From: Paramecium tetraurelia
Taxonomy: Eukaryota
Assembly (NCBI GenBank): GCA_000165425.1
Contig: CT868041.1
Location: 558,001-622,000, forward strand
Reading direction: 5' to 3'
DNA: 64,000 nucleotides
Shown: in pieces, positions 42,336-56,048 of the stretch
How the letters are laid out: each line of letters begins with the position of its first letter
How positions within the stretch are numbered: the first letter of the stretch is position 1
Program-made: the position numbers and the translations under genes
Notes under the pieces: generated by a model
Databases searched by the model: none
What the model was told of the DNA's origin: nothing
The model's input: the letters and a program-made list of their open reading frames with translations, nothing else

Positions 42336-45003
42336 ATGGATCAACCACAATCCCCATCCAATACCATGTTTATGAAAAGGCTATCCACAATCAAATGCAC
42401 TGCTCCTATATTGATAGCACTTTCAATCGTATCAGCAATCTTTGCCTTCTTAGGCTATTTTAAAAATAACAATTTTGAATTTCTTATTTTAGCAATCTTT
42501 GATGTAAATATACTATCTATCATATTCAGATTATTCTTATTCCCATTTTGATATTAACATTATACTTTGTTTTCACTCTCCAACTCGACGAATTTGGTAA
42601 TCCTCAAGAGAATAATACATCATATATAATATAATTTGGATTGCAAAGTATTACAGCAATTATCTTGGGAATCATTATCACTATAATTCAATACAAGAAT
42701 CACTTGGCTAACATTTGGTTTGTTGGACTTTAAATATTCAAATTGGTGTTTTTGGTCTATTTGATCAATAAAACAAAATAATTTAGCAAAAAATAAAATG
42801 GAATTCATAGATTCACATTAGCATTCTCAGTTTTATTAAACATTTTGTTTTTGTTGTTTGCTGCAACCAATTTCAAATTCGTAACATATCAATTTTATTT
42901 AATAGTTAGTCTATCTAATAAACAACCAAGTCTTTACCCTAGACCACAACAACACCATTGTTTTGTTCATGCAATATGGTTTATTTGCTTTATTAATGGC
43001 CACAATCTTAATCAGCGTTATCCTCATTTTCAGAGTTTAAAACTATTTCTTGATTGTAGCCTTCCTGATAGTAGCTGCCCTATTCATAGCTGCCACTGCT
43101 AACGGAATGATGATCCGACAATACTCAATACTACAGAATGATTTATCCACTTAGAAAGGCTGTAGATATGCGCTTCAAAGTCTTGGAGTTTAGACAGTTA
43201 AATAATTTTTAACATGTTCAGAAAAGTACTTAAATGAACGACAATCACCATATTTGCCATGTCCTTAAGAAAATCAATCATATCTGTGGGAATCAAATAT
43301 GGATTAAATCGCATGCATTAATTTGGATTGTTGTGACTCGCTCAAAGATTTTCTTAGTAAACCTCTATATCATTTAACTGTTTGGGTTAACATTATAGTT
43401 GCTATTGGAATAATTTAGGCATTTAATACAGCTATGCTTTCAAAATTTGATGTTGGCAATAAGGAATAAAATGTACTCACAGATTTGCTCATGTTATTGC
43501 TATTTTTTGGATTATTCTTTGGAATAATTGCAATCTACAATTCTATTTCACCTTAATAATTATAATTACAAGATTAAGTCGTATCGTAAGTATTATAATG
43601 ATATTTCATATAGCTAGCCTTTGCTTTTGAATTAACTAACAGTTCTTGATGCGCCGACATATAAGTATTTCAAACCACAGAAAACTTTTGGTTCTTAGAT
43701 GTCAAGCACTGATATTTGTGAATTAGCCACAAATTTGATGCTTACAAAAGTTAATTTATAACCTAAAGATGATTTTAAGAAACCTGGGTAAAATGATTTT
43801 TCTATTCTAGTATCTTACTTGGAATTTAAGGTATGGGAGGTTCATTTCTAATAAATAACGAAATTAATTTAAACGATTTCAAGATTTTGACAACCGATGA
43901 ATTAATCACTAAAGCATTCCCTAAAGCTAATAAACCAGGATAGGATGTTATCATTGTTGAAGGATCTCTGGCTTCTGTAAGTCATTTTATCGGATCATGT
44001 TTATAATTTTGTTCTGATGAACCTGAAACTGCTGATTTCACCATCTTATAAGAGTTTTATGAAATGGAGAATGATAAGAAAAACAGAGTATTAAGCATTG
44101 ATCCATAATTGTAATAATAATTTAGTAAAATTGTACCTTATTTGTAAATAACTGCAAACGTTTAGAATAGCGAGGATTTTACATCAATAGCTGATGCTGA
44201 TGGAAAACTATTCTATGGAAAGTTTGTTTATACTACATGTTAGGTTATGGATTAAGTTGAATCTCCATTTTTATCAGCCATATCTGACCTCAACGGATAA
44301 CTTAATTATTTTAGAGTAGCTACTAAATAAGTGTATACATTATTAGTCAAGAAAGCAGGATATAAAAATGCCTGTGCTCTTGTTGATTTAACAGAACAAT
44401 CTCCAAAAACAAATATCTATGTTAGAATGGTGAAAGAAGTGAAAAAGCATTCAATGAAGATTACTTTAGAATGGACATCAAAAAGTCTTAATTTGGATTT
44501 ATATGGTTAATTCAAAGGAGAAAACTTTATTTGTTTAACAGGGTCTATTTCTAAATCTTGTGGTGGAATGAGTTTATAAACTAAAAACGAGAGAGATTAA
44601 CATATTGAAATTTTAACTATCGATTAAATACAACCTTTTACTTATTTGATTTTTGTTAAAAGATTCATGGAGAGAACCTAAGCATTGGATGAAAAAGTAG
44701 TAAACGTTTAAGATTGGATTGAATCTAATCCTGTTGTTACTATATACGTATATGAATTAGACTATCCTCTTGTTCAATATAGATTGCCATCAAGTAATTA
44801 TATTTATATAAAATTTAGTACCAAATTCTTTTAGAGATAAAATTGACTTCACTTGGTTGGCATTTTAATTTGATGGCTAGGTCGGTGATGGACCAATTGA
44901 ACTCAAAACTTATTGGTCAGAAATATCAAATGAAAGCATCAAGAATGGCAAATCCTATAAAAATAAATTTTGGCCTTCTCCTGTTACAATAGAAAACAAG
45001 TGA
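42336..45003 (+). CDS. Multi-pass (tetraspanin-like) membrane protein with long C-terminal beta-rich domain
   Basis: Several TM helices; Cys-containing loop ending CINLDCCDSL; further TMs; then ~480 aa including DADGKLF and ITLEWTSKSLNLDLYG; TGA at 45001-45003. Confidence 0.65.
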
Positions 45004-45056
45004 TTTATAACATTTTATTATTATGATAACATTATTATAATGGATATAACACTCAT

Positions 45057-45897
<841 letters not shown>

Positions 45898-46005
45898 ATT
45901 ATAAATTTAATTAAGTATAAAACTCCATCATACTTAAATCGATTATTAATCGTAAAATTATTATTCATTATAATTCAAATCTAATTATTAATATTAATAT
46001 TATTT

Positions 46006-46648
46006 ATGTAAACACCCCCTCCTCCACCCTACGGTGGCTATCCTCAAGGACAATATCCTCCACCTCCTCCTCCTGCCTACGGACAAACTCCCTACCCTCA
46101 ACAACCAGGTTATTAACAACCACCACCTCCTCCTGCTGGTTACCCTTATCCTCCAACTCCTGGCTATCCTCCTCCAGTTGGTGGATATCCATAACAAGGG
46201 TACCCTCCTACACCTGGTTATCCTCCTACTCCTGGTTATCCCCCTACTCCTGGATATCCCCCTGCTGGCTATCCTCCAGCTGGTTATCCTCCTCCCTAAC
46301 CAGGCTATGTTCCCCCTCCTAATTATCCTTAACAATACCCACCTTAACAGTACACCATCTATAATAAATTAGATATCCTGGTTAATACCCAGCAACAGCA
46401 ATAGTTATTCCATAAGGATAATATGGTTATGCAGGAGGAAATGTTTAAATAAAAATAAGACCTAATTGCTATTTGTATAATTTTATATAAACATCAGATG
46501 TGGAGGCACTGGTTTCTATATGAAGAAATGTAGAAGAAAGCAATGCAAGGATTGTTTGTGGGCTATGGGAGTCTGCTTAAAGTGCAATGGAACTGGATGG
46601 AATAAGAAGGGAAAGGTTTGCAAATGCAAAACGTATAAAATATATTGA
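46006..46648 (+). CDS. Proline/Gly/Tyr-rich (PGYPP repeat) protein with C-terminal Cys-rich Zn-finger-like domain
   Basis: MQTPPPPPYGGYPQ, repeated TPGYPP/AGYPP, then CYL/CGGTG...CKDC...CLKCNGTG...CKC; one tiny intron. Confidence 0.8.
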
Positions 46649-46918
46649 ATCATTCAAATAAAATATTTGATTCCATCTTCAAAAACCTTGCTTCAATATT
46701 TTGATGTGAATTGAAATATTTTTAGTCTGCTTCCTTTAATTCAAATTTTGAAAAAGCTCCATTTTTTTAAGCGATAAGAATAAATATCACTGTTAATTGG
46801 TTATTCAATGTTTCTAATAACTTTTAGGGATGTTTATGGCAAGATCTGCAAAGAGTTCTTGATTAATTTTATTGAGTTTGAACTTATATTGTATTTAATA
46901 ATTATTTGTTTGTAATAA

Positions 46919-48173
46919 ATGGCAGATGTTCATTCTTAACGAAAAAGTGTATAAAAGGTACGACATCATTCCAAAATAGTAAGCCTACATCGATGACCTA
47001 TTCACAAATGACAATGAACTTGATGATGACAAGGATTTAATTAAATAATACAACACTGCAAAGAGGGAAAGAAAAACTATTGAAGCGCATAAACAATTAC
47101 TTGACAACAGAGTAGCATTGTTGAAATAGGAGGAAATCAGAACACTAAAAAAGATAGAAGAGACCCGTAAAAAGGCTTTGGAAATCTATTATCTTAAAAA
47201 AAAGAATGAAGAAAAACTGAAAAAAGTAAATCTAGTTTATTGAATGTTTTAGAGAGAAGAGGAAAAAGAACAATTGCAGAAGAAATAAGAGCAATAATAA
47301 TAAATTCGAAAATAGCAAGAGAGAGAGCATAAATTATTAATTGAAAAACATAGAAATGATAAAGTATAAAAAGCTTTTATAATCAAATAATAAACCAGAC
47401 ATAATGAAGTTAGGAAAATGAGCTCTCAAAAATAATCTTTAACTACTCTTAAATAAAAAAATCAGATAATCAGAGAATCAAGAGATCTCAATAGAGTAAA
47501 GGAAAGAATTGTAATAGAAAAAAGGGAAGCGATAAGAGAATAATTAGGAAAGAAATTAGAATTTGAGCAAAAGTTAAAAGATGGGAAATAAAAAGGTACT
47601 CAAAAAAGCAATAATTTTTAGAGATTGAACAAATTGAAACATATGAAATGGATTTATTATAAAAGTTATAAAACACTTAATAAATGTAAAAAACAGCTTT
47701 CGAAGAATTGGAATCAGCCTTAACGATGACAGCTAAGGAATTTGCAGAAAAATATCTTCAACCAAAATAAAAAGAGTATTAAAAATATAACTATATTTAG
47801 AGATTAAAATAAAGATCTTTCAAATTTTAATACAGATGAGGATGGAATTCAAAAACATTAAGATCGTCCAAATATGGATGAATCTGATAAGGATCAATCT
47901 TCTAAAATATCTATAGAACAAATCAATGAAATACATGAACCAAATATACAAAATGATTCTAATAAGGATGATAATGGGGATTAAACTGATAACTAAAATT
48001 AAGGAATCAAGGAACCTGAAAATAAATAAGATGACTAAAATGACTAAAAGTCTGTACATGAGGAAGAAGGAAATTAAAATTAATAGAACAATTAAAATGA
48101 AATTCCAAACATATTAGATTCTCCTAAAAGTTAATCAAAAGAAGATAAAGAGTAATAAGAGGAGGAATAATGA
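46919..48173 (+). CDS. Hypothetical coiled-coil protein with acidic Q/D/N tail
   Basis: LLDNRVALLKQEEIRTLKKIEETRKKA; two tiny introns; TGA at 48171-48173. Confidence 0.7.
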
Positions 48174-48967
48174 TTAGGTTATATTTTAATAATTGTATAA
48201 CAATTATCACTTTTTTCAGAATTCATCTTTTAGATTCATATTTATCTTTTTAATCAAATTATCTCAATGGCATTATTTTTTATTATATTTAGATAAACTA
48301 AATCAAATTATAAGAACATTCCAATATAAAATATTTTTATAATTCATTTTTTAAGTCATAATTAAAAAAAGAATTTAGCCTTAATAAACGTAAGATAATA
48401 TTAACTTAACTTACCTTACCATTCTATATCAATAATAATTCCACAAGAACTTCAGAAAACGATTTTATATTATTATCGCCTTTAATGTAGACCTTAAATC
48501 AAAGTGTTGAAAGTTAAATCTCCCTCATATATGCAAATTATTATTTTATTATTTTAGTAAATCAATTACTTAATATTTTCAAATATTTTAAACAATTTAC
48601 CCTCTTCCTTCTTTATTCTTTAGATCTAAATGGAATTTTTAATTTGTTTTCACTGAGCATAATTATTTCAGTTTGATTGTATAGGAGATAAATTGAATTA
48701 TGAAATAGACTAGTGCTCATTCTTAGGTAAAATTTGTGTACATTCATCTATGTTTAAACCTATTATTATTTTTGAAGTAAGATTCATGATTTATTAATTT
48801 ATTTTATTAAAAATACTGTTATAAATCTTTAATATAAATCATTTCTTAAATTGAGAATTTATACATTCTTAATAAAATTACTACGATTTAGTTTGTATCT
48901 TATATTTTTAGATTTTAATTGCTTATTTATCTTGTAAAAAATAAAACATGATAATATTCAAAATTAA

Positions 48968-49522
48968 ATGAAATTGATTTATCTTTTCCTTTGCCTCGTT
49001 ATTCATAATGTAGAAACGATGAATTCTTTTGCTAAATACACCCTCACTCAATTGGATGAAATAAAATAGAAATCGGTTATAAGAGGTGAGTACAAAGATG
49101 TTGCTCAAGAATCAGCAGGAGCCATTGTTTTTAATAGTAGAACCGTTGGATATGTTGGAGGATAAAAGAATAGTAGCCCGTTGAGAGATGCAATTTATTA
49201 TATAATATCTGGGGGGTATTGCTATGCTGGAATGTCTTAATTCATTATAATAGACTTGCTCTAGACCTACTAACTCAATACTATAAAAGTTTGGTTATAT
49301 GATAGAGATCCTACATTTATAAGAACTTATGATATGTAGTTATTTATATCAAGCTCTGATACAAATGACTAATTGATTTATGAGAGCAACATTTCCAAGA
49401 GTCTCACAACCATTAAGTTTCCAGACACTCAGATTAAACAGATAAAGATTAAGAATAGAGGCGGAAGTACAATAGATTAGTGGTTAATCCTATTAAAAAT
49501 TTAAGCATTTTATGCTTTTTGA
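48968..49522 (+). CDS. Secreted BTBD9-type F5/8C (discoidin-like) single-domain protein, copy 1 (184 aa)
   Basis: Signal MKLIYLFLCLVIHNVET; IRGEYKDV, SPLRDAIY, IDLLQTYQLNTIKVWLYD, KIQAFYAF*; intronless. Confidence 0.8.
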
Positions 49523-49932
49523 AGGAGATTACGTAATAAATTTAGAAATTATTTGTATCAACACAATTACGAAACTTAATTATATTAAAATAATATAATC
49601 TAATCTAGATTGAATCATTCATTTAGATTGTATTTAGATATTTTATACAATATTAAAACTCTTGAAAAACGTGAAAGAAATCTGCTAACAGTAAAATTAA
49701 TATTTTTCTTTACTTAACCTCTCCTAATATAATATAACATCTAAATTTTATGTAATTTCATAATTCTACCCGTTGATTGAAAAAAACAAACAAAAATATT
49801 AGTTTTATTATATTTGTGATTAAGTAGTATTTGCTATGAAATAAATGCTAGCAATATTTATTTGATTATGAATTCAATGACAGCCTTAAAAGAAAATGCA
49901 TATATTTATTTATATTGTACAACAGAAATTAA

Positions 49933-50370
49933 TCATTCCTTTTTCTCTTCTGCTCTAATTTTACCTTTTCCATTTGTTAATCTGACATTAAGTTCAGCAG
50001 CTCTTCTAACGAGAGTAGCTCTTTTTCTAGCTGAAAGGTTGTGTGCTAATTCACCTGCAAAACTTCTATTATTTGTTAGCAATAATTCAAGATCTTTTTC
50101 ATTGGTAATTAACAATTTTCTGAAACCAGTTTAATCCAAGTATCTAAAAAGTCATTTGATTTCACAATACCTTGTCTTTTTATCACCTCTATAACCAGCT
50201 TTTGGCATAGGTCTATTTCCTCTGAATCTTCTTCTGACTCTGTTATCAATACCTCTTGGTCTTCTCCAGCTTGGTCTTAATTTGTGAGGATAGTCTTCTG
50301 ATTCAAATCTAACAAATCTCTTTGTTCTCTTGTGAACAATTCTTTTATGAGCAAGTGACTTGACAACCAT
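49933..50370 (-). CDS. RPL32: 60S ribosomal protein L32 (eL32)
   Basis: [11 protein letters not shown]...[15 protein letters not shown]...AHNLSARKR; 27-nt intron at 50144-50170. Confidence 0.97.
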
Positions 50371-50800
50371 ATTTTAATTAAAAATAAAAGATTTTAATTC
50401 AAAAATTCTTCATCATTTTCAAGTATATATTTCTTAATAATATATTGTTTTTACAGTTCCATTGATACATTTTCTTTAAGAAAAATCATTTCTTTTAAGT
50501 CCTTACATTTATTGATAAAATTTTGACACTTTATCATATCAATGTAATTTAGTATTAATGAAAATATTTAAAAACTTAATAATGCATAAATCTTCAATGA
50601 ATTTTATATATAATGAATAATAATTCAAATTTAAATCTCACTTTATTCCTTGGTTTCCCTCCAAAATTTAAAATAATAATCAGCATGACGATTGTAACTT
50701 CGATTAGGATTGGATTTAGTACAGAAGAAAAAAACATATTTAAATGTCCACTGTTTAAACAGTGGTTATAATCATTAAATTAAATTGAAATCATTCTATT

Positions 50801-51563
50801 TCATAGAGTTATGCTTTATTAACTATAAAATCTTGATCTTCTGAATTTCTTTTTCTTTATTGTTTTCCTTTTAATTTTTGGAGTATTATTTTCATCATTA
50901 GCAGTCAATTGGTTAATTTTAGCACTAATCCTCTTTATTATCTAACACTATTTGATTTAAATACATTTTTTGTATTTTCAGATAAGTTTGATGTATCTTT
51001 TGAGTAAAAATTTCTAATTGCCTCATACAATTCATATTTTTGAAAGTAGAGAAATTCAGAATCAAGAGTTACAAACAAAACCAAGTCAATTTAGACGGCC
51101 TCACCATCATAATAATCAGTTATAGTGGTAATATTTGCGTCATACTCAATAAGAGATAGAAGACTCATTTCCATATCTGTTATTTCTTTAGAACTATATT
51201 TAGATTGACATTAGTTAACACAGTCTTGAATATTCATCTGAATTTTGTTTTGGCATTCATTAAACTAAAGAAATATATACATATTCTTACTTTTACTGCA
51301 ATCATTAATGAAACTATTCCTATCAGATAAACTCTATCGGAATCGATGAGTTATTTTGAAAGATATAATTTACTTAAAATGGCAGCCAATTCGATTGTTT
51401 TAATTTCCAAATTATTTTACTCGCCAACCTAAGATTAAACCAAATAACAAACCTAAAAGATCCAATGAATGAGCATCTCCATCAGCTCAAGCATTTAATC
51501 AGGTATAATTTCTGCCAATTTAATATCTCTCCTCTGAAGATAGTTATAGCGATCCAAATCCAT
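50801..51563 (-). CDS. Divergent cyclin (Cyclin_N domain)
   Basis: MEMLIHWIFQ/V, TIELAAIL, LIGIVSLMIAVK/FNE, MEMSLLSLIEYD; two tiny introns; basic tail. Confidence 0.75.
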
Positions 51564-52002
51564 GAATTTTTATAAAATATTATAATTTGAAAAATTAAAG
51601 AAAAAGAAATCTTGTAGTGCGAATTATTGATTTATTTTATAGCCATTAAAGAGACTACATCTTCCCATAAGAATTTTCTTAAAAATGCTATTTAATGTCG
51701 ATATAATATAAGAATTACAATACTTATCCCTGCATTAATTAAGATAAAGATTATGTATTAATGTTATAATTTATATTATTAATGTAGCAATTTAAAAATT
51801 TTTGAAAATAGAGTAAATCCCATTATAAAAAGATCCCTGTTGTTCTTTTAAATAATTAGACTTATTAAAGAAAAGTTTTAATTTTATTTTTGTCATTGGA
51901 AGACTAGTCTTATTAATCCATATACATTATTATAAAAATTATCTATTATGAATAAATAATATTATGACATAATTATTCTCTTTATATATATAATTTATTT
52001 CA

Positions 52003-52539
52003 TCAAAATGCATAGAATGCCTGAATCTTAATGACCTACAAGGGCTAGGTTCCTGAAATATCGGTGATTAAAAATGATTTCACTAAAGAATCATCAAATG
52101 GTATTCTATAAATTCCACCAACTGCTGAACTATTAGTGTAAATAATTGCTTAACTGTCATCAGGGTAAATTAGTGTTACTTTAAACTTATAGGTAATTAC
52201 TGTAAGATCATAAAACCAGATTACAATAGTATTAATTTCGTATTCTTACAATAAGTCAAGCTATATTTTTCCGTTCACAGGTGCTAAAACATAACCTTTG
52301 CTACCGGCAGCAATATCATAGATGGCATCTCTTAATGGACTGTTATTAAATTGATCTCCATAAAATGTTAACTGTCTAGCATTTGAAATCAAAGCTCCAC
52401 TTCTTTCATTTACAACATCCTAGTAGTCTCCTCGAATTTGTGACCTTTCAATCAAAATCATCAAATCTTAATCAGAGTAGGTTGTGGCGGAGTTGGCGAT
52501 AACAAATAATAGATAAATAATCAAGATAGTCTTTTACAT
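52003..52539 (-). CDS. Secreted BTBD9-type F5/8C (discoidin-like) single-domain protein, copy 2 (178 aa)
   Basis: Signal MQKTILIIYLLFVIANS; IRGDYQDV, SPLRDAIY, LDLLQEYEINTIVIWFYD, KIQAFYAF*; intronless. Confidence 0.8.
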
Positions 52540-52590
52540 AATTAATTATTAATATCTAAAATTCATACATAAAGCCTTTGAATATAAATT

Positions 52591-53024
52591 TCATTGCTCC
52601 AAATCAAATTCAAGTAATATAAATAAATTTGATAATTACTCCTACATACATTGCTAATTAATATCTGGAATCAAACTCTCATAGGTAGGTCCATATTGCT
52701 GATAGATTTCATCTACACTCAATTGCTCTCTCAATCCTCTAAAAATTTGGTATACCTTTAAGAATGAATCAGTTCCGAAGGCCTATTCCAAATTCATTCT
52801 TATTTTTTCTGCCCTTTCAAAACTTAATTTGATAATTGGTTTCTATGCAACTTATGTGTCTTAGGGAACACATTTGAGGTTTTCTTATTTTTTGGAGAAC
52901 TATTTTTCTAACTTTTAATTTGGTAAATCTTAATTTAATGAGTTTTCAGATGTTTATCTTTCTAATTGTAATTCATTATTATTATTGTTAGTCACTACAT
53001 CTAGAGATTAACTCTGCTAAGTTA

Positions 53025-53102
<78 letters not shown>

Positions 53103-54371
53103 GATCTAAAAACTCAGATCTGGATATAAAAGGCAAATAAATCTCAACCGGAATATCTCTTCTTTTTGGTAATTTTTTATCTATTTAATTAATTTACTAT
53201 TAAGGCTAATCTTATTTTACTTTCGGTTAACCAAATAATTCTATCACTACTTCTTAAGGTTTTTGTTGGCATTTCTATATTAGAAATAATATTACTTTCT
53301 TTTAAATATCTTCTCTCATGAATTTCTATTATTCCTCTCGAGATAATTTTTTATTTTAAGTGTATTCATCATTTTTTATAACAACTTAATGTTATTGTTT
53401 CTCTAATTTTACAATTATCTTTACTTTGCATAGGTTAAACAGGTATTTTTACGATTTGTTGTTACTTAATGTTTAATTATTTAATTCTATTTTGGATTAA
53501 AGCATTTTCTAAATTATGATTAAATGATATACATAAGATTTATTCTATAGTTGGTCTCTTATTTGCATCCAATTACAAAAGCTATTATATTAAATTTTTC
53601 ATATTTTATGAATATTACTAAGCACTTATTGGTTATATTTTTGCTTTCATGATCTTATTGGCTAGAGCTGGTAATGAATCAGCAGTAAATGGATATTTAA
53701 ATGTACACATTTCATAGAGAAGTACTCCCAAAGACCATATGTCACTTTTATATGAATAAGGTTAATTTTGTATTATTTCTGGAGAAATATAATAGGGGGT
53801 TCCTATAAATGTGGTTGCCAAATCTTATTCCACTGATCTAGCAATTCCAAAATCTCCCAATTTGATTTTGTCTTCATGTAAAAAAACATTTTCAGATTTT
53901 ATATCTCTATGAATTATCTTTTAAGAATGTACGCATTGCAAAGCTAAACATAATTATGTAAACCAATCAACTATTTATGCTTCAGGCAAAGGCTGTGTTC
54001 TTGATTTTAGATATTAGCCTAGGGTACCATCTAATAAATTACTATTAAAGTATATTACTATTTGCATATTCCATAATTAAACATAATCTATCCTTATTAT
54101 CTATGAAGGTTTCTACATATTAGATGATGTTATCATGTCTTAGATTTTATAATATTGATGCTTCTGTATTTGCCGAAACTGATTAAGGTACTACTTTCAT
54201 AACATATTTGATTTCATCTTAATCATCAGATGAAACAAGATAGGCTTTACCATATGCTCCAACTCCCAACAATTTAACCTTTTTATATTATTTAATTTAA
54301 GTCTCGTTCACTTAACAATCATTAGTGATGCACGATTCATCATCATTGATTATTCTGCTGTCATCCTCCAT
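52591..54371 (-). CDS. NIMA-related (NEK1-like) kinase with polyQ tract
   Basis: [48 protein letters not shown]-terminal [10 protein letters not shown] domain. Confidence 0.92.
53026..53100. repeat. (TTA)25 microsatellite, encoding polyGln as (TAA)25 on the minus strand
   Basis: Perfect 75-nt trinucleotide run inside the NEK CDS. Confidence 0.95.
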
Positions 54372-54444
54372 TTTATAATATTAAATTTATAATGGAAATT
54401 TATCATTGCTAATTAACTATATAAAAATATCATTAATTTCAAAA

Positions 54445-54939
54445 TCATTGCTGCTTCTCGTAATTTTTGAAAGTTAAAAATGCTGATAAGCTGAATAGCA
54501 ATTCAAAGATGATAAATATCAAACCAATCACATTTATTATTATTTCCAAAATAACCACATAGGTTTACAACACTATAAAAAATATGTAAAAGAATATGCA
54601 AGGGAAAATTAGTAAAACAAACCTAAAATAGAAATATCCTAATACCATAAAATTTAGGATGGAGATTCTGTTTTATTGCCTATTGATCCTAATATCAATC
54701 GAGGAAATTGGCAAAATGCTAATAGAAACTGCAAAAATATTTCTATTCCTATTTTATTTGGAGGATAAAATAAACCATAACCTTTGTAAATAAAGACAAT
54801 TATTTCGATTATGAAATAGATGTACTAAATATGAATATGATTTGTATACTGTAAAAATATAATCAAAATAAAGGAAAGTCTATAATGGAATAGATGCCAA
54901 AGGTCTTTTTTCGTCGCTAATATTAGTTGCTTCCTTCAT
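54445..54939 (-). CDS. TMEM216: TMEM216/TMEM80/TMEM17-family ciliary transition-zone membrane protein
   Basis: LASIPLQTFLYF, YKGYGLFYP, RLILGSIGNKTE, QTYVVILE; about 4 TM segments; two tiny introns. Confidence 0.75.
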
Positions 54940-55356
54940 TTGCAAATTTTGAAATTAAAATAATGTGTATTTTTTATAAATAAAAATAAAATCAGGAGGA
55001 AAATCTTTAATGATCTGCAATTTTTCCAAGGGTCTTAATAATCTGTTTCTCTAATTTTGAATCTTCACCCAGTAAACCCATATAAAAGATTACTAATAAT
55101 AATTAACTAAAGAGTTACAATGATTTGCATACAATCTCACATCTTAATGCACCTTCAAAATTCTTTTAGATATTTAGTGAAGATATAAGAAATAATTTTC
55201 ATATCTACTCTTCAATTTTTTTTTTGAATTCAATATTTTTGTTAATTAGATATATATAAAATTATTATTTGATGCATGAAGAATCGAAAATTTTACTATT
55301 TACTAATAATATAATAGCATGATATAATCATAACAATTCTAGCTAAGTCAAATGTT

Positions 55357-56048
55357 TCACATATGCATAAAAAGAATTATTAGAATTGCTAATAAAATGA
55401 TTCCACACACAACAAATAATACTAATTTGTTATTCCTTATTCGATTTTACATTGTTTTAATTAATGCATATGAATTACTTAATGCATCTCTAATAGCTAA
55501 AATTATTATAGATATATCTACGCTATTATTTTTCGATATTATTAGATAACTTATCTGTTTGTCTACGAAGATTAAGTTAAATGTCATTTGCTTCCTTTTC
55601 TACTCCATAAATAACCATCTTAGCATCTTATAATTTCATATTTTAATCATATAATTATTCTTGCTCTTTAAGAAGTTTTTACCTTTAGTAATCCTTACCA
55701 AATAAGAGTTCTTTGGATGTTTAAGTTTCATACTTAGATTTCATTTAAGTATAAACCTTATTCATTTCATCCAATTTTCTTTTTTGCAAAATAAATTACT
55801 ATTTTAAATTATCTTTAATATTCTTTGCATAACCTTATAGTTCCACTTCCATTTATTTTAACTTTGATTATCATAATATTTACATTTTCATTTGCTGAAT
55901 CAATACAACTTTGTGCTTCCTTCAATGCAAAATTTTTATCTTCTTGAATATCAATAGTAGTAAGAATTTGTTGCAGCTTTTTACAGATTACAGTAACTTC
56001 TTCATCACAATTTACAAATAATTCTGAGGATTCAGATAACTATGACAT
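55357..56048 (-). CDS. VTI1-like Qb-SNARE
   Basis: N-terminal helices with LKQMEVEL; SNARE motif NLRRQTDKL; MQNRIRNNK followed by a C-terminal TM. Confidence 0.7.

Noticed and set aside
46000..46372. ORF-track Arg-rich, Glu/Val-rich and Leu-rich ORFs
   Set aside because: These are antisense or alternative-frame shadows of the PGYPP-repeat gene.
54990..55200. Coding-like fragment between TMEM216-like and VTI1-like
   Set aside because: No convincing start, frame or family was recognised.
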